Below, one piece after another: positions 22,569-33,348 of a stretch of DNA of 64,000 nt. The notes under the pieces are model-generated. The model ran no database searches, was not told where the DNA came from, and worked only from the letters and a program-made list of their open reading frames with translations. The position numbers and the translations under genes are program-made. This stretch comes from an uncultured Verrucomicrobiae bacterium. Its GTDB lineage: Bacteria; Verrucomicrobiota; Verrucomicrobiia; Chthoniobacterales; JAFAMB01. The stretch spans positions 320,001 to 384,000 of the forward strand of contig CAWAIK010000001.1 of NCBI GenBank assembly GCA_963782115.1, written 5' to 3'. How positions within the stretch are numbered: the first letter of the stretch is position 1; each line of letters opens with the position of its first letter.

Positions 22569-22617
22569 ACCGCCCTTTCACGGCGGTATCACGGGTTCGA
22601 TTCCCGCTAGGCCACCA
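22569..22617 (+). pseudogene. 3' portion of tRNA-Glu(TTC), probable att relic
   Basis: Anticodon arm CCGCC-CTTTCAC-GGCGG, T-arm CGGGTTCGATTCCCG and ACCA end; D-arm and 5' acceptor strand absent. Confidence 0.75.
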
Positions 22618-22879
22618 ACTAAACTTGCTCTCGCCAATCTCGGTCGCGAAGACGATTTCAGAGCGCACAATTCTGTTCAACGGTATTCGGCCGCTTCAAA
22701 GCAGTGAGCGACGGCTTGGAGCCATGCCCACGTCGTTGCCGATTTCACAGGGCCGTGCGCAGTGATCTCCGTACAGGCCGGAATGCCGCTGCCTTGGCAC
22801 TGTTCAACTCGACCTTGAACTGGATGCTGGCAAGTGTCAGTCTCGACTCCAAGACATGAAATTTGGAGCAAGAGACCTG

Positions 22880-23079
22880 TGGCGCTGAATGTTCTCTTCG
22901 TTGGGGTTACGGGCCAAATATCGCTTACATCTGTCCGTGAGGCCGTTGCTGTCGGGCACAAGGTCACGGTGTTCAATCGCGGAAGGTCGTCCGTGGCCGA
23001 GCTTCCGGCAGGCGTGACCACTATCGTCGGAGAAGACGCCTCTCGAGCCCAACAAGCTCGGTCACGTGGTGCAGGATGA
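22880..23079 (+). pseudogene. NAD-dependent epimerase N-terminal fragment
   Basis: LNVLFVGVTGQIS...AVAVGHKVTVFNRGR, then truncated. Confidence 0.7.
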
Positions 23080-23154
23080 GGATACTCTGATGGACCGTAT
23101 CATCGAGGACCAGGCAGCCCTCGGGAGCCACTGAAACTCTCCACTGAGCGCCAT

Positions 23155-23712
23155 TCAGGCTAGTTTCCAGAGCTCAAGCAAAGGGCCGTTTCGACCAACT
23201 ATCGGATCGGAATTGGGAAAGACCAAATGGGCCATTCGCGCAGCCATGGCGGCCGTCGGTGCCTCTCGGCAGATGTCCCAACGCTGGTCGGGCGGATAGG
23301 CTCCGACGACGAGGAAGTCGGATGTGGTGTCGAGGCAACAATGGCCTGTGCCCGTCGGAAGGACCGCAACATCCCCAGCTCGGACATCGATTTCACGCCC
23401 TCCGGGTCCTCCCAGCACCAGCCTCGCCGAACCGCTCGCAAACCCTAGCACCTCATGTGCGGTAGAATGATAGTGATGGTAGAAATAAACGCCATTTCGC
23501 CATTGCGCCGGCCAGCCAGTGCGCTCGAAGAGCGCCTCGAAGGTCGAAGCCGCGTCTTCGCCATCTCCAGGTGTAATCACGCCACGATACAGGAGGATGG
23601 GAAGAACTGGATTGTTTGGCACCCAGTCGTTCGCGTAAAGGAGAAAGGATTCAGGCTTCACGGGCGATTTTCCGTCTTGACTGAGCGCTGCTATGCCCGC
23701 GAATGAGCCCAC
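23155..23712 (-). CDS. Cupin protein (YjlB-like)
   Basis: [35 protein letters not shown]. Confidence 0.88.
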   Translation of the reverse strand: MGSFAGIAALSQDGKSPVKPESFLLYANDWVPNNPVLPILLYRGVITPGDGEDAASTFEALFERTGWPAQWRNGVYFYHHYHSTAHEVLGFASGSARLVLGGPGGREIDVRAGDVAVLPTGTGHCCLDTTSDFLVVGAYPPDQRWDICREAPTAAMAARMAHLVFPNSDPIVGRNGPLLELWKLA

Positions 23713-23754
23713 TGCTCCAGCGGTTATGATCTTTATAAGGGTACAGCTTGCGGA

Positions 23755-24114
23755 TTAAGCGTAGGAACAAAACCAGAGTTTGTTTCCCTCTGAGTCCAGG
23801 AACCCACCGACCCAGAACTTGTCTTCGTACAGCTTCACCGGATCAGATATGGTGATTGCTCGTTCTGTTAGTCCTTTTTCGGTCTCTCGAGCGTCTTGTA
23901 CTTGCAAGGTGATGCGCGGATTTGGATCGTCGGTTGGAGGATGTTGGCGGATAACCAGCACCGAGTTACCGATTCGATAACCCACCTCGCCGGTCGCCTC
24001 GTGATCTTCTTCCAGTTGAAGTGTTTCCGAGTAGAAACGCTTGGCCCGAACGACATCAGTTGCGGCCAGTGCAATTACCTTGACTGATTGGAATCGAAGG
24101 GGGGAATTTTTCAT
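23755..24114 (-). CDS. VOC/glyoxalase-family protein
   Basis: D..RAKRFY.ETL.L and F.DSEGNKL motifs. Confidence 0.8.
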   Translation of the reverse strand: MKNSPLRFQSVKVIALAATDVVRAKRFYSETLQLEEDHEATGEVGYRIGNSVLVIRQHPPTDDPNPRITLQVQDARETEKGLTERAITISDPVKLYEDKFWVGGFLDSEGNKLWFCSYA

Positions 24115-24291
24115 TTGAGCTTTCTTATTATCCCACCTGGCCCTAATAAGCAACTTAGAAGCTTGACCAGTTCAAGTGTCGTCTACGTCGATGGAAGTGC
24201 GGTCCGGTTGGCCTCACCCCACTCAGTGAGGCCGAAGAAAACGATTGCTCGAAACCTGAGGCCATCTGCTCAGGCAACGCTTCCGGTCCGA

Positions 24292-24477
24292 CTACCGGCC
24301 AATTTCGGAGATTTGCTGCTTCAGTTGCTCAATCTCAGCCAACGCCTCTGCACGCTGTTCTTTGAGAGAATTTAGGTAGGCGTCTTTCTCGGCCATTTCC
24401 CTAACTAGGTGCGAGGTAATGATCATCTGGTTGAGCAACGCTTTCTGATTTGGGTCCTCGATCGGTACATCTCTCAT
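24292..24477 (-). CDS. Small coiled-coil hypothetical protein
   Basis: 61 aa with GAGGA RBS-like sequence upstream. Confidence 0.45.
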   Translation of the reverse strand: MRDVPIEDPNQKALLNQMIITSHLVREMAEKDAYLNSLKEQRAEALAEIEQLKQQISEIGR

Positions 24478-24664
24478 TTGTCATCATCCTCTCCTTCGTT
24501 TTACGGATAGGCGCTTCGCCGCCCATTGGCCTTCTTGAGGCTTTGAGACATCGCCCACCTGTCAATTATGGTATCTATTGTAAGTTTTATTAAAGTATCA
24601 TTTTAATTGTATTTGCAAATAAAAAAAAAGAAAGTGCGATCCGGAATGTTAAGGCAGAATGAAA

Positions 24665-24860
24665 CCATGACGACGTGGCATGCGGCACGCCAGGCACCCA
24701 TTCCTCTTCAGGGATTCTTTGGAGGATGCCCAGCTCTCCGGAGATTCGATCGTCGGTCCAACCCTCCAGCTCAAAGATTGCATCCAAGTCTGCCGACGAA
24801 GCCGCAGCATCGAAGACTCCAACAGGAGGGAACAGGCAGCCCACTTCGGCGGGCTCGCGC
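24665..24860 (-). pseudogene. RES-domain toxin N-terminal fragment
   Basis: FPPVGVFD..AS..DLDAIFELEGWT.DR...ELG.L..IP.EEWV.G. Confidence 0.65.
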
Positions 24861-24907
24861 CGGTGCGTGACATGACGGGTGTTTTCCCCCTTTTGCGATG
24901 TCAGAGA

Positions 24908-25795
24908 CTAGGAGTGTTTAGTTGGCTGGTGCTCCAGGGTGCGCGCGCTCTGGTCCTTTTTGTCTTCGAGCCAAGCAACGTCTTCCTTGGAATCGGCGAA
25001 GCCCTTCAGGCCTGCTTCGAGGATGGCGGAATCGGGGACCTTATGTAGAGGCGTGTACCTGGGATGGTGCGACTCCTTATAGGGGTTGTTGCGAGCCGCG
25101 TTGTAACAGCAGATCATGGACCAGCGGGGCTTATCGGAAGTATTTTCGGCCGAGGCATGGAGAAGATTGCTGTGGAAGAAGAGCACATCGCCGGGATCCA
25201 TCTCGACGTAGACCAGCGGGAGACGCTCGAGGATTGCGGCGACGCGTTCCTTGTCAGCGCCGGCCTGATCTCCCGTCAGTACGTGGTCGACTCTTCCAAG
25301 GAGATGAGAACCCTCTATGACCTGAAGGCAACCGTTTTCGCGAGTGGCCGGATCGACAGCAATGGATGCGCTGCAGAGGTCGGGTGAAAGGACGCCATTC
25401 TGATACCAGTAGCCGTAGTCCTGATGCCAGGCCCAGGCACCGCCGGTCTTCGCATCTTTCATGATCATCTTTGAATGGTAGTGATAAACCTCGTCGTCCA
25501 GAATCCGCTCGGCGGAGTTGACGATCGATTCGCAGCGCGCGAACATGCCGTAGATGGTGTCACCCGGGTGGTTCCAAAGCGAAAGGCGGACAATCTTGCC
25601 GCGGCCGTCGTCTCGTCCAAAGGCGTGGTCGTCAAGGGCTTTATCCTGCTTCGCGGAGCGCCGAAGCAAGTCGATTTCCTGCGAATTGAACATGCGGCGG
25701 ACTAGTGTGTAGCCTTTTTGCCGGTATTCAGTGAGTCGATCTGAAGTCATGGGGCCGCTGGCCATAAGAGAAGGTCCTATTTCGGATTTTCTCAC
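24908..25795 (-). CDS. Phytanoyl-CoA dioxygenase-family (Fe/2OG) protein
   Basis: WHQDYGYW, ENGCLQVI.GSH, FFHSNLLH.S..N...PR. Confidence 0.9.
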   Translation of the reverse strand: MRKSEIGPSLMASGPMTSDRLTEYRQKGYTLVRRMFNSQEIDLLRRSAKQDKALDDHAFGRDDGRGKIVRLSLWNHPGDTIYGMFARCESIVNSAERILDDEVYHYHSKMIMKDAKTGGAWAWHQDYGYWYQNGVLSPDLCSASIAVDPATRENGCLQVIEGSHLLGRVDHVLTGDQAGADKERVAAILERLPLVYVEMDPGDVLFFHSNLLHASAENTSDKPRWSMICCYNAARNNPYKESHHPRYTPLHKVPDSAILEAGLKGFADSKEDVAWLEDKKDQSARTLEHQPTKHS

Positions 25796-26205
25796 CGAGT
25801 GCAGGCCCGTACAAGGGCGGCCTGCGATAAAGTTGCTGGCTGTTTGAGTTAGGCTAATTGCCGAGGCTCAAGGCGGTCCGCTTTGGCCAGATCGGCTTTT
25901 GCTTTATCAGGTTTTGTAGGCGAGGGCGCGGTTGTAGTAGGCATTAGTATTTCTAAAGTTTTGCGTTCTTACGTCGTTGTTAAAAGCAAAACGAAGATTT
26001 GCCGTTCCGAATGATGAAACCCATACCTATTTCAGAGAATACAAATAGCCCGACGGGACGCATTCTGATTATTGCGTGCTCAATTGGACTCGCATTCACA
26101 AATTTTATCCTTTGGCGTAGAGAATACGGGAATGGCACCCTGACACGGATACACTCCGGTCGTTACCGTTGCTGAGCTTTGCGAAGGACTCCACAATGGC
26201 TGGCT

Positions 26206-26553
26206 CTAGTTCTCTGGGTGATCTTCAACGGTTTTTAGCTGTAAACCTGCGGACGACGCGCTCAGGAGGTAGTTTTCGAGCAAGCCGACCGTTTGAGTGC
26301 GGATTCCATCGATCTGGCATTCACTAAGCCCCAAGCAGGCCCCTATCTCGGAGAGCTTGAAATCCTCGTGGTAGTACATAGCCAAAATTTTCTTACCTGT
26401 CGGAGGGAGCTGCTCAAGCTGTTGAACGAGAAGCGCCAAAAGACGCTTGCTTTCCAAGCTTCCCAATGAGGAAATGCGGCGCTCGTTTGCGGTAAGATCT
26501 TGCAAAAAGCGGTCATCCGCCCCCGGGTGATTATCGGCAAGGACTCGGACCAT
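26206..26553 (-). CDS. Stand-alone sigma-70 region 4 (FliA/WhiG-like) HTH protein
   Basis: LEQLP...KKILAMYYHEDFKLSEIG.CLGLSE..I..I.TQ; no region 2. Confidence 0.6.
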   Translation of the reverse strand: MVRVLADNHPGADDRFLQDLTANERRISSLGSLESKRLLALLVQQLEQLPPTGKKILAMYYHEDFKLSEIGACLGLSECQIDGIRTQTVGLLENYLLSASSAGLQLKTVEDHPEN

Positions 26554-26618
26554 GAGGGTAATTGTGTGGGAAAAAGACTAGTGGGACAATCACCCGTTCG
26601 GGTAAGCTGCCAGCGAGT

Positions 26619-27461
26619 TCAAGCTTCCGTGTGACGTTTGACCGTCCTGCGATTGCGTTGCGCTCCTCTCTTCTTCGCGCCGATATCCAGCTCGATCCAG
26701 GTCGGCGCGTGGTCGCTAGCATGAGGCCGGCCGCGAACCCAGCGATCGACGCCGGCATCGTGTAGGCGTGGCGCCAGTTCGGCGCTGAGCAGCAAATGAT
26801 CGATGCGCAAGCCCGAGTTCTTCTCCCAGTGCTGCCGGAAATAATCCCAGAAGGTGTAGATGCGTTCGTCTGGATAGCGCGCGCGCACGGAATCGGTCCA
26901 TCCCTGAGCAAGCAGGCGCTGATAGCACTCGCGGCTTGCAGGTTGTAGCAGCGCATCCTTCAACCAAGAACGCGGGTTGTAAATATCCTCATCGGTCGGG
27001 ACGACATTGTAGTCGCCCGCAAGCACTACTTGATGACCGCCGCCGTAAAGGCCCGCGGCGTAGTTGATCAGACGTTCGAACCAGGCCAGTTTGTAATCGA
27101 ATTTGGGACCAGGCTGCGGGTTGCCGTTCGGCAAGTACAGGCAGCCGACGATCACGTCGTGCGCTACTGCTTCGAGGTAGCGGCTGTGCCTGTCTTCTTT
27201 GCCGCCGGGAAGCCCGCGGCGGCTTTCGAGGGGGTCCATTCCTTTGGCGAGAATGGCCACGCCGTTCCACGATGCCTGCCCATGCCAGATGGCTCCGTAA
27301 CCGGCCGCGTGAATGTCATTGATCGGAAAAGCGGCGTCGGGTGCCTTCAGTTCCTGCAAGCAGACCACATCCGGCTCTTCGCGCTCCAGCCATTCGAGCA
27401 AGGCCGGCAACCGGGAGCGGATGCCGTTGATATTAAAGGTAGCGATTTTGAGGGTATTCAT
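26619..27461 (-). CDS. xth: Exodeoxyribonuclease III
   Basis: IATFNING, CLQELK, YLPNGNP, GDYN, RIDH, SDHAP. Confidence 0.95.
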   Translation of the reverse strand: MNTLKIATFNINGIRSRLPALLEWLEREEPDVVCLQELKAPDAAFPINDIHAAGYGAIWHGQASWNGVAILAKGMDPLESRRGLPGGKEDRHSRYLEAVAHDVIVGCLYLPNGNPQPGPKFDYKLAWFERLINYAAGLYGGGHQVVLAGDYNVVPTDEDIYNPRSWLKDALLQPASRECYQRLLAQGWTDSVRARYPDERIYTFWDYFRQHWEKNSGLRIDHLLLSAELAPRLHDAGVDRWVRGRPHASDHAPTWIELDIGAKKRGAQRNRRTVKRHTEA

Positions 27462-27550
27462 GGGATGAGCCTCGGTGTTAAGGGATGGCGACACCGAGGC
27501 TATTCTGCCCCGCGTACTGTTCGATGGCTAGAAGACAGAGCTGGTCGTAC

Positions 27551-28993
27551 TTAGGGACGTCTATTAAGATGGCTGTTTCTGTACCCATAGCCGAAGTAGA
27601 TAGCCATCCCGAGCACTAGCCAAGCGACTAGACGCATCCATGTGGCGAAAGGCAGAAAAAGCATCTGACCTAGACAGATGATCGCTCCGGCAACTGGAAT
27701 GAATGGGACCCAAGGGGTTCGGAATTGTCGCTCCAACTCGGGCCTTGTTTTCCGAAGAATGACCACGCTGATGCAGACAATCGTAAATGCCAGCAATGTG
27801 CCGATCGATACCATCGAGCTGAGAACGTCAATCGGTAGAACGCCGGCCAGAATGGCCGCGCACAATCCTGTTAACAATGTTGTCGTCGTCGGCGTTCGGA
27901 ATTTAGGATGAACCTGAGCGAAGGCTTTTGGAAAAAGACCGTCCACCGCCATCCGATGAAAGATCCGGGGCTGCGCCAACAGCAGAACTAAGACGACCGA
28001 GCTAAGACCACCGATCGCGCCAATTTCGATCCAGGGCCGGAGCCACGCCAACGCTGGCCCGCAGCGCTCCACGGCTAAAGCAACCGGTGCCGCGACGTTT
28101 AGCTCTTTGTACGGAACAACGCCGGTTAAGACGAGGGACACTGATATATACAGGACCGTACAGACCAATAGCGATCCGAGAATTCCGATGGGGATGTCAC
28201 GGCTTGGTTTTACGACTTCCTGAGCAGCGCAGGAGACGGCATCAAACCCAATGTATGCGTAAAAGATAATGCCCGCTGCCGCAAAGATTCCGGTCCATCC
28301 AAAAACACCCACATGACCGGTATTCGGCGGGACGAAGGGGACCCAGTTCGAAGCCTTTACATGTGGGAAACAGAAAATGAGAAAGGCGGTTACGACAGCT
28401 AACTTAACTGCGACGATGATCGAATTGACCAAAGTGGATTCCTGGATTCCCGATATCAATAGGCAAGTGATCAAAACTATGACGAAAACCGCGGGCACAT
28501 TTAGAAACGCGCCGGTTGCCAAAAAATGCTCGCCTTCGAAACTTAACGGGGCGTGAGAGAGCTCCGGCGGAATATGAAATTCCAACTGTCCGAGCAGCTT
28601 CACTGCATAGCCAGACCAGCCGGTCGCAACGGTGGCCGCACCCACCATGTACTCCAAGATGAGATCCCATCCGATAATCCAGGCGAGGAGCTCCCCGATC
28701 GTGGCATACGCATAACTGTAAGCGCTTCCGGAAAGCGGTATCATCGAGGCAAATTCAGCATAACAAAGACCGGAACAGAGGCAGCCAAGCCCGGAGATAA
28801 TAAAGGAAATGGCCAGTGCCGGCCCCGCATGCTCAGCGGCTGCAGTCCCGGTTAGCACAAAAATACCTGTCCCAACGATACATCCGATGCCCAAAAGAAT
28901 CAGGTGAAACCCATTGAGCACTCTTTTCAACGATTGTGAATTCTCCTCTTCTTCGAGCAACTGCTTTATTGGTTTGCATCTGAATAGATTCAT
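27551..28993 (-). CDS. APC-family amino acid permease
   Basis: GIGCIVGTGIFV, YAEFASMIP.SGSAYSY, YAYIGFDAV; many TM segments. Confidence 0.95.
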   Translation of the reverse strand: MNLFRCKPIKQLLEEEENSQSLKRVLNGFHLILLGIGCIVGTGIFVLTGTAAAEHAGPALAISFIISGLGCLCSGLCYAEFASMIPLSGSAYSYAYATIGELLAWIIGWDLILEYMVGAATVATGWSGYAVKLLGQLEFHIPPELSHAPLSFEGEHFLATGAFLNVPAVFVIVLITCLLISGIQESTLVNSIIVAVKLAVVTAFLIFCFPHVKASNWVPFVPPNTGHVGVFGWTGIFAAAGIIFYAYIGFDAVSCAAQEVVKPSRDIPIGILGSLLVCTVLYISVSLVLTGVVPYKELNVAAPVALAVERCGPALAWLRPWIEIGAIGGLSSVVLVLLLAQPRIFHRMAVDGLFPKAFAQVHPKFRTPTTTTLLTGLCAAILAGVLPIDVLSSMVSIGTLLAFTIVCISVVILRKTRPELERQFRTPWVPFIPVAGAIICLGQMLFLPFATWMRLVAWLVLGMAIYFGYGYRNSHLNRRP

Positions 28994-29331
28994 GGCATTG
29001 CGTTTGAGTCAGGATTTAATTGGTGCAAGGATTTTATACCAGGTCGGCTATAGCATTTGCGATGCCTTAATTGTGGACTGTGTAGCGCCTTACTCTGGCA
29101 GCAAAGGGAATCCCGTGAATACACGCACTCCGCCGCTACCTTCGTGCGCGTGTCCTCTCGGAGTTTGAACCGCGGGAACGACCGACCCTTGGCGAGGTGC
29201 CCGAAGCTGAAGGAGCAAGATTGCGCGCCCCAAACAACAAATGAATACAGAGTACAGGCAATATCGATCGATCTCTCGCCCCCTTCAGGGCTAGACCTTT
29301 CCCTTCAAAAGTGTAGATTTTCGATCTTTCT

Positions 29332-31146
29332 ATGAGTACACCGAGCGTAACAGAGGTCGCCCCTTCAGATTTGATTCGTGATGTCGTGGCCGCCGATCTG
29401 CGCACCAAAAATTTCCCGCCAATCCATACCCGGTTTCCGCCGGAACCGAATGGTTATCTCCATATAGGACATGCGAAGTCGATCTGTCTCAATTTTGGTA
29501 TCGCCAGAGAATTCGCCGGCAGTTGTAACCTGAGGATGGATGACACAAATCCTACGAAAGAGGAAAGTGAATATGTCGAATCAATCAGGGAAGATGTGAA
29601 CTGGCTGATCCGCGACTGGGCGGACCATGCCCTGGGTCTCAAGGCGATTGGACAAACCTGCGCTGTCCGGCAGATAGATGGGAAGCGGGACTTTTGTCTG
29701 AAGCCGCTTAGCGCAGTCCCCAATGATCCGGATCCAACGCACCCTTTTTCCGAGGGCGCACGCGAGGCGGAGCCATTCTACGCATCCGATTACTTTGATC
29801 AGATGTTCGAATATGCACTCGAACTGATAGCGAAGGGTAAGGCTTATGTCGACGACCTTTCGCCGGAAGATACCGACAGCTATCGGATTGCGGGCAAGGA
29901 GAGCCCGTTCCGAGGACGCTCATCCATTGAGAATCGGGCGCTTTTCGATCAGATGCGCTTAGGCGCGTTTCCGGATGGGACTTGCACTTTGCGGGCAAAA
30001 ATCGATATGAAGGCGCCGAACGTTTGGCTGCGAGATCCGATTCTTTACCGGATTCGGCATGCTTTTCATCACCGGACGGGAAATCGGTGGTGCATCTACC
30101 CGATGTACGATTTTGCTCATTGCCTGAGCGACTATATCGAAGGCATTACCCACTCGATATGCACGCTGGAATTCGAAGTTCATCGGCCTCTCTACGAGTG
30201 GATTCTGCAAAACCTCGATTTGCCTCGCCGCATCCCGCGTCAGTATGAATTCGCCCGTCTGAATCTCACCTATACCGTCCTGAGTAAACGGAAACTCATG
30301 CAACTTGTCGAGGAGGGGCTTGTTTCCGGATGGGACGACCCGCGCCTGCCGACCATCTCGGGCCTGAGACGCCGCGGAGTAACCGCGAGTGCGCTGCGCA
30401 CCTTCGCTTACAACATTGGCATAACGAAATACGACGGAGTCACTGACGTCGCGGTGCTTGAGCACGCGATCAGAGACGAGTTAAACAAAACTGCGCTCCG
30501 GCGTCTCGCGGTATTGCGGCCAATCAAAGTCGTTCTGACCAATTATCCGGAACATCAAACCGAGAACCTAACCGCCGTCAATAATCCTGAGGACCCGGCA
30601 GCGGGAACACGCCAGATTGAATTCAGTCGCGAGATCTATATTGAAAGCGAAGACTTCATGGAGAATCCGCCGCCGAAATATTTCCGCCTGCGACCCGGCG
30701 GCGAGGTACGGCTTAAATACGGGTACATCATTAGGTGCGACGAGGTCATCAAAAATTCGGCAGGCGAGATTTTACAACTACGCTGTACGGCAGATCTGGA
30801 AAGCAAAAGCGGCGGCGCAAACGCAAATCGAAAGATTAAGGGCACGATTCATTGGGTAAACGCCAAGAATTCGATCGATGCGGAGGTGCGCCTTCATGAC
30901 CGGCTTTTCACGGAACCAGAACCCGAGGCCGTCACCGACTTCAAATGTTGTTTGAATCCTCACTCGCTAGAAGTCGTGCAGGCCCGTTGCGAGGCGAGTC
31001 TCGGCGATGTGCAAGGCGAGATGCGTTATCAATTCGAGCGTCTGGGCTATTTTGCGGTGGATGAAGAAAGCAGACCCGGACGTTTAATATTAAATCGCAC
31101 GATTCCTTTAAGAGATTCCTGGGCGAAACTGGCACAGAAAAAGTGA
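29332..31146 (+). CDS. glnS: Glutamine--tRNA ligase
   Basis: TRFPPEPNGYLHIGH, LSKR (KMSKS-equivalent), WDDPR, IHWV, QFERLGYF. Confidence 0.97.
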   Translation: MSTPSVTEVAPSDLIRDVVAADLRTKNFPPIHTRFPPEPNGYLHIGHAKSICLNFGIAREFAGSCNLRMDDTNPTKEESEYVESIREDVNWLIRDWADHALGLKAIGQTCAVRQIDGKRDFCLKPLSAVPNDPDPTHPFSEGAREAEPFYASDYFDQMFEYALELIAKGKAYVDDLSPEDTDSYRIAGKESPFRGRSSIENRALFDQMRLGAFPDGTCTLRAKIDMKAPNVWLRDPILYRIRHAFHHRTGNRWCIYPMYDFAHCLSDYIEGITHSICTLEFEVHRPLYEWILQNLDLPRRIPRQYEFARLNLTYTVLSKRKLMQLVEEGLVSGWDDPRLPTISGLRRRGVTASALRTFAYNIGITKYDGVTDVAVLEHAIRDELNKTALRRLAVLRPIKVVLTNYPEHQTENLTAVNNPEDPAAGTRQIEFSREIYIESEDFMENPPPKYFRLRPGGEVRLKYGYIIRCDEVIKNSAGEILQLRCTADLESKSGGANANRKIKGTIHWVNAKNSIDAEVRLHDRLFTEPEPEAVTDFKCCLNPHSLEVVQARCEASLGDVQGEMRYQFERLGYFAVDEESRPGRLILNRTIPLRDSWAKLAQKK

Positions 31147-31477
31147 TTCCCAACCCGATGTCGCGCTGGCCGAAAATCATAGAGTTGCAGTAGACGGAGA
31201 GCTTTTTCCGTTTTATCCAGTTCGGCGACGGTTAGCTGGTTCGCGGTGTGGGTACCGAATTGCTGGGCGGCCGACTTCGTCCTTAGCCTCCACCTTCTTA
31301 CCGAACCACGCCCGGTACCGTGGGAAAGTAATAGGGCAGTTAAACGAGCCAAAACTGAGTTCAGACCTCATCCGCGCGATGTGGTCATCGAGGTGCCGAA
31401 GGATCTCGTTCAGTCCGGGCAGTCAGAATCGATAGACGAGAAGGCAATCGCAATTGATCAGTGCGCTCACTCGACTT

Positions 31478-31660
31478 CTAGCATGTAAGGTGCAGGATCG
31501 CGTTGGTCTTGTCAGGATTCTTCTGAAGCGTCTTAATCGCTTCTGTCGTCGGCAGTATTACCAATTTGATTTCGCGGCGATGAGCCTCACGCTTCAGCTC
31601 GTCCATAATCGGCAAGGCAAGCGTGCAGGCGACGCGCAAGAGATGGACCGATACCCTCAA
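31478..31660 (-). pseudogene. Mth938-like domain C-terminal fragment
   Basis: LPIMDELKREA.RR.I.L..LPT.EAI......TNAILHLTC. Confidence 0.55.
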
Positions 31661-31828
31661 GGCCGGTGGCGGTCATGTTGGTATAGCCGAACGGCCGGAT
31701 CTTCAAGAAAGCGGCTTTCCCAATTCAAGGGATGATTGCTCCGTGCCATTCACAAATTTGCGTTATTTGTTCAGCCTTGCGACCACGTCATCGACTTGAA
31801 CCTCTAAAGCATTTCTAGTGATCGACCC

Positions 31829-31990
31829 CTATTTGAAATCGTCCGCGCCTACCTTGGCGCACTGGCCGTCCTGTTGGGCAGTCCCGCCCGAAACCCCGAT
31901 GGCACCGACAATGTTGCCGTCTATGAGTAGCGGAATACCACCCTCAACCGGAACCGCGCCATGCAAACCCAGCACCCGCAGACCGGACAC
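31829..31990 (-). pseudogene. GlcG/HbpS heme-binding protein C-terminal fragment
   Basis: Manual translation GAVPVEGGIPLLIDGNIVGAIGVSGGTAQQDGQCAKVG. Confidence 0.75.
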
Positions 31991-32319
31991 ACACTCTCGT
32001 AGCAAGTAATCTTGGCGCGTGGGTCATTTATGCAGCTACCCCCGCCATCCTCACCTCAGGTTGAATCGGCAGAAAATCTGCCGATTTTGAAGCCCACAGG
32101 CCTCCGACGGATGCACCTTTAGCAACCTCGGGCGTTCGATCGTTCGATCTTGCCGCCGAAGTTTCCCACCTGGCGGACACCTGGAAGGGGCGGTATTATT
32201 GGCATCAGCGCAAGCGATAAAACCGAGCGGGCGTCCGACGCCTCCGCGCGGCCCCAGCTCGCAGCAGCAAAAATTCAGGAAGCGTCCGGTACAATTTATT
32301 ATCGCTCTTTACGAGTCCT

Positions 32320-32616
32320 ATGAAAGCCTACTATTTCACCCTTCAGGTTCCAAACGTTGACGCGGCTCTCGCTAAGGGAAAGGCCGAGATCGAAGCCCAC
32401 AAAGGCACGTTAATCGGTAACGAGGTTTCAGGAAAATTTAGCATCCCGGCTCCTTTGTTTTCTCATATCGTCGGTTCGTACGGCGTTCAAGGTAATATAA
32501 TCACCGTCAATATTACCAACTCGCCGGATTTGGCGCGCGGCGACAATTTAAACCGTATGTTGCTCAGACCAACCTGCATACGGCTTTCCGATTCCCTTCC
32601 TAGTGAAACGGTTTAG
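32320..32616 (+). CDS. Hypothetical protein
   Basis: 98-aa ATG ORF; no family recognised. Confidence 0.4.
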   Translation: MKAYYFTLQVPNVDAALAKGKAEIEAHKGTLIGNEVSGKFSIPAPLFSHIVGSYGVQGNIITVNITNSPDLARGDNLNRMLLRPTCIRLSDSLPSETV

Positions 32617-32626
32617 GAAGCCATTA

Positions 32627-33065
32627 GGTCACTCTCCCTTTCGCTTTGAGTCGTCTTTTTTCTCTGCCGGTTTGGGTTTTTCCGTTTTTGACTTCTCTTC
32701 CTGTTTAGGTTTCTCAGTTTTGGCCTTTTCTTCAGCTTTAGGCTTCTGAGCTTAAATTCTTGGCTGTTGCTCCTTAGGTTTCTCCACCTTCGTCTCAGGC
32801 TGTTCAGCTTTTGGCCGTTCTACCTCGCTTTTATTAACGGAACCCTCGCCTTCGCCTTTACCAGGGCGGTGATTACGATCTGCTCCCCCTTCATGACGCC
32901 CGTGCCAATAGCTGTACGGATGCCCTTGATAATCGCTTGAAATTCAGGTCCATTCCAAACCCAACACTGATATTCGTCATTCCAAACCCAATACGAATCA
33001 TCCGTCGCGGAATTCTTGCCCAGATCATAAAACCCGCTTGATGAGTTACTTACTAAGGAATTCAT
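32627..33065 (-). pseudogene. Degraded protein with Trp-rich motifs and an E/K/P low-complexity tail
   Basis: YWVWNDEYQCWVWNGP, then EKPK repeats after a frameshift, with a stop. Confidence 0.45.
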
Positions 33066-33348
33066 CTTCCTTGGGTCTGGATTTCCCAGATCAGCCCCCT
33101 TAAAATCTCCCGCTCTCCAAGCAAATGACCAATGACCGATTGGTAAGCCCTACTTCCATAATTACCAAAATTAGCCTCCAGTTCTAGCTTCCTCAGTCGT
33201 ATTGAGAACTGTGGACTGTGAAAACCGTCGCAAAAAAGCTAAATCAGAGCCAAAGGAATAACCTTACCGGGTGGGATGAGTCCGACTTTTATCTGAATGA
33301 TTTTGATTTAAATACCTCTGGTCCGATCTTGAATGTATAAAAAAATTT

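Noticed and set aside
29095..29230. Cobalamin or glycine riboswitch
   Set aside because: Only isolated sub-motifs (AAAGGGAATCCCG, GAAGGAGCAA); the B12 box and the CTCTCAGG pairing are missing
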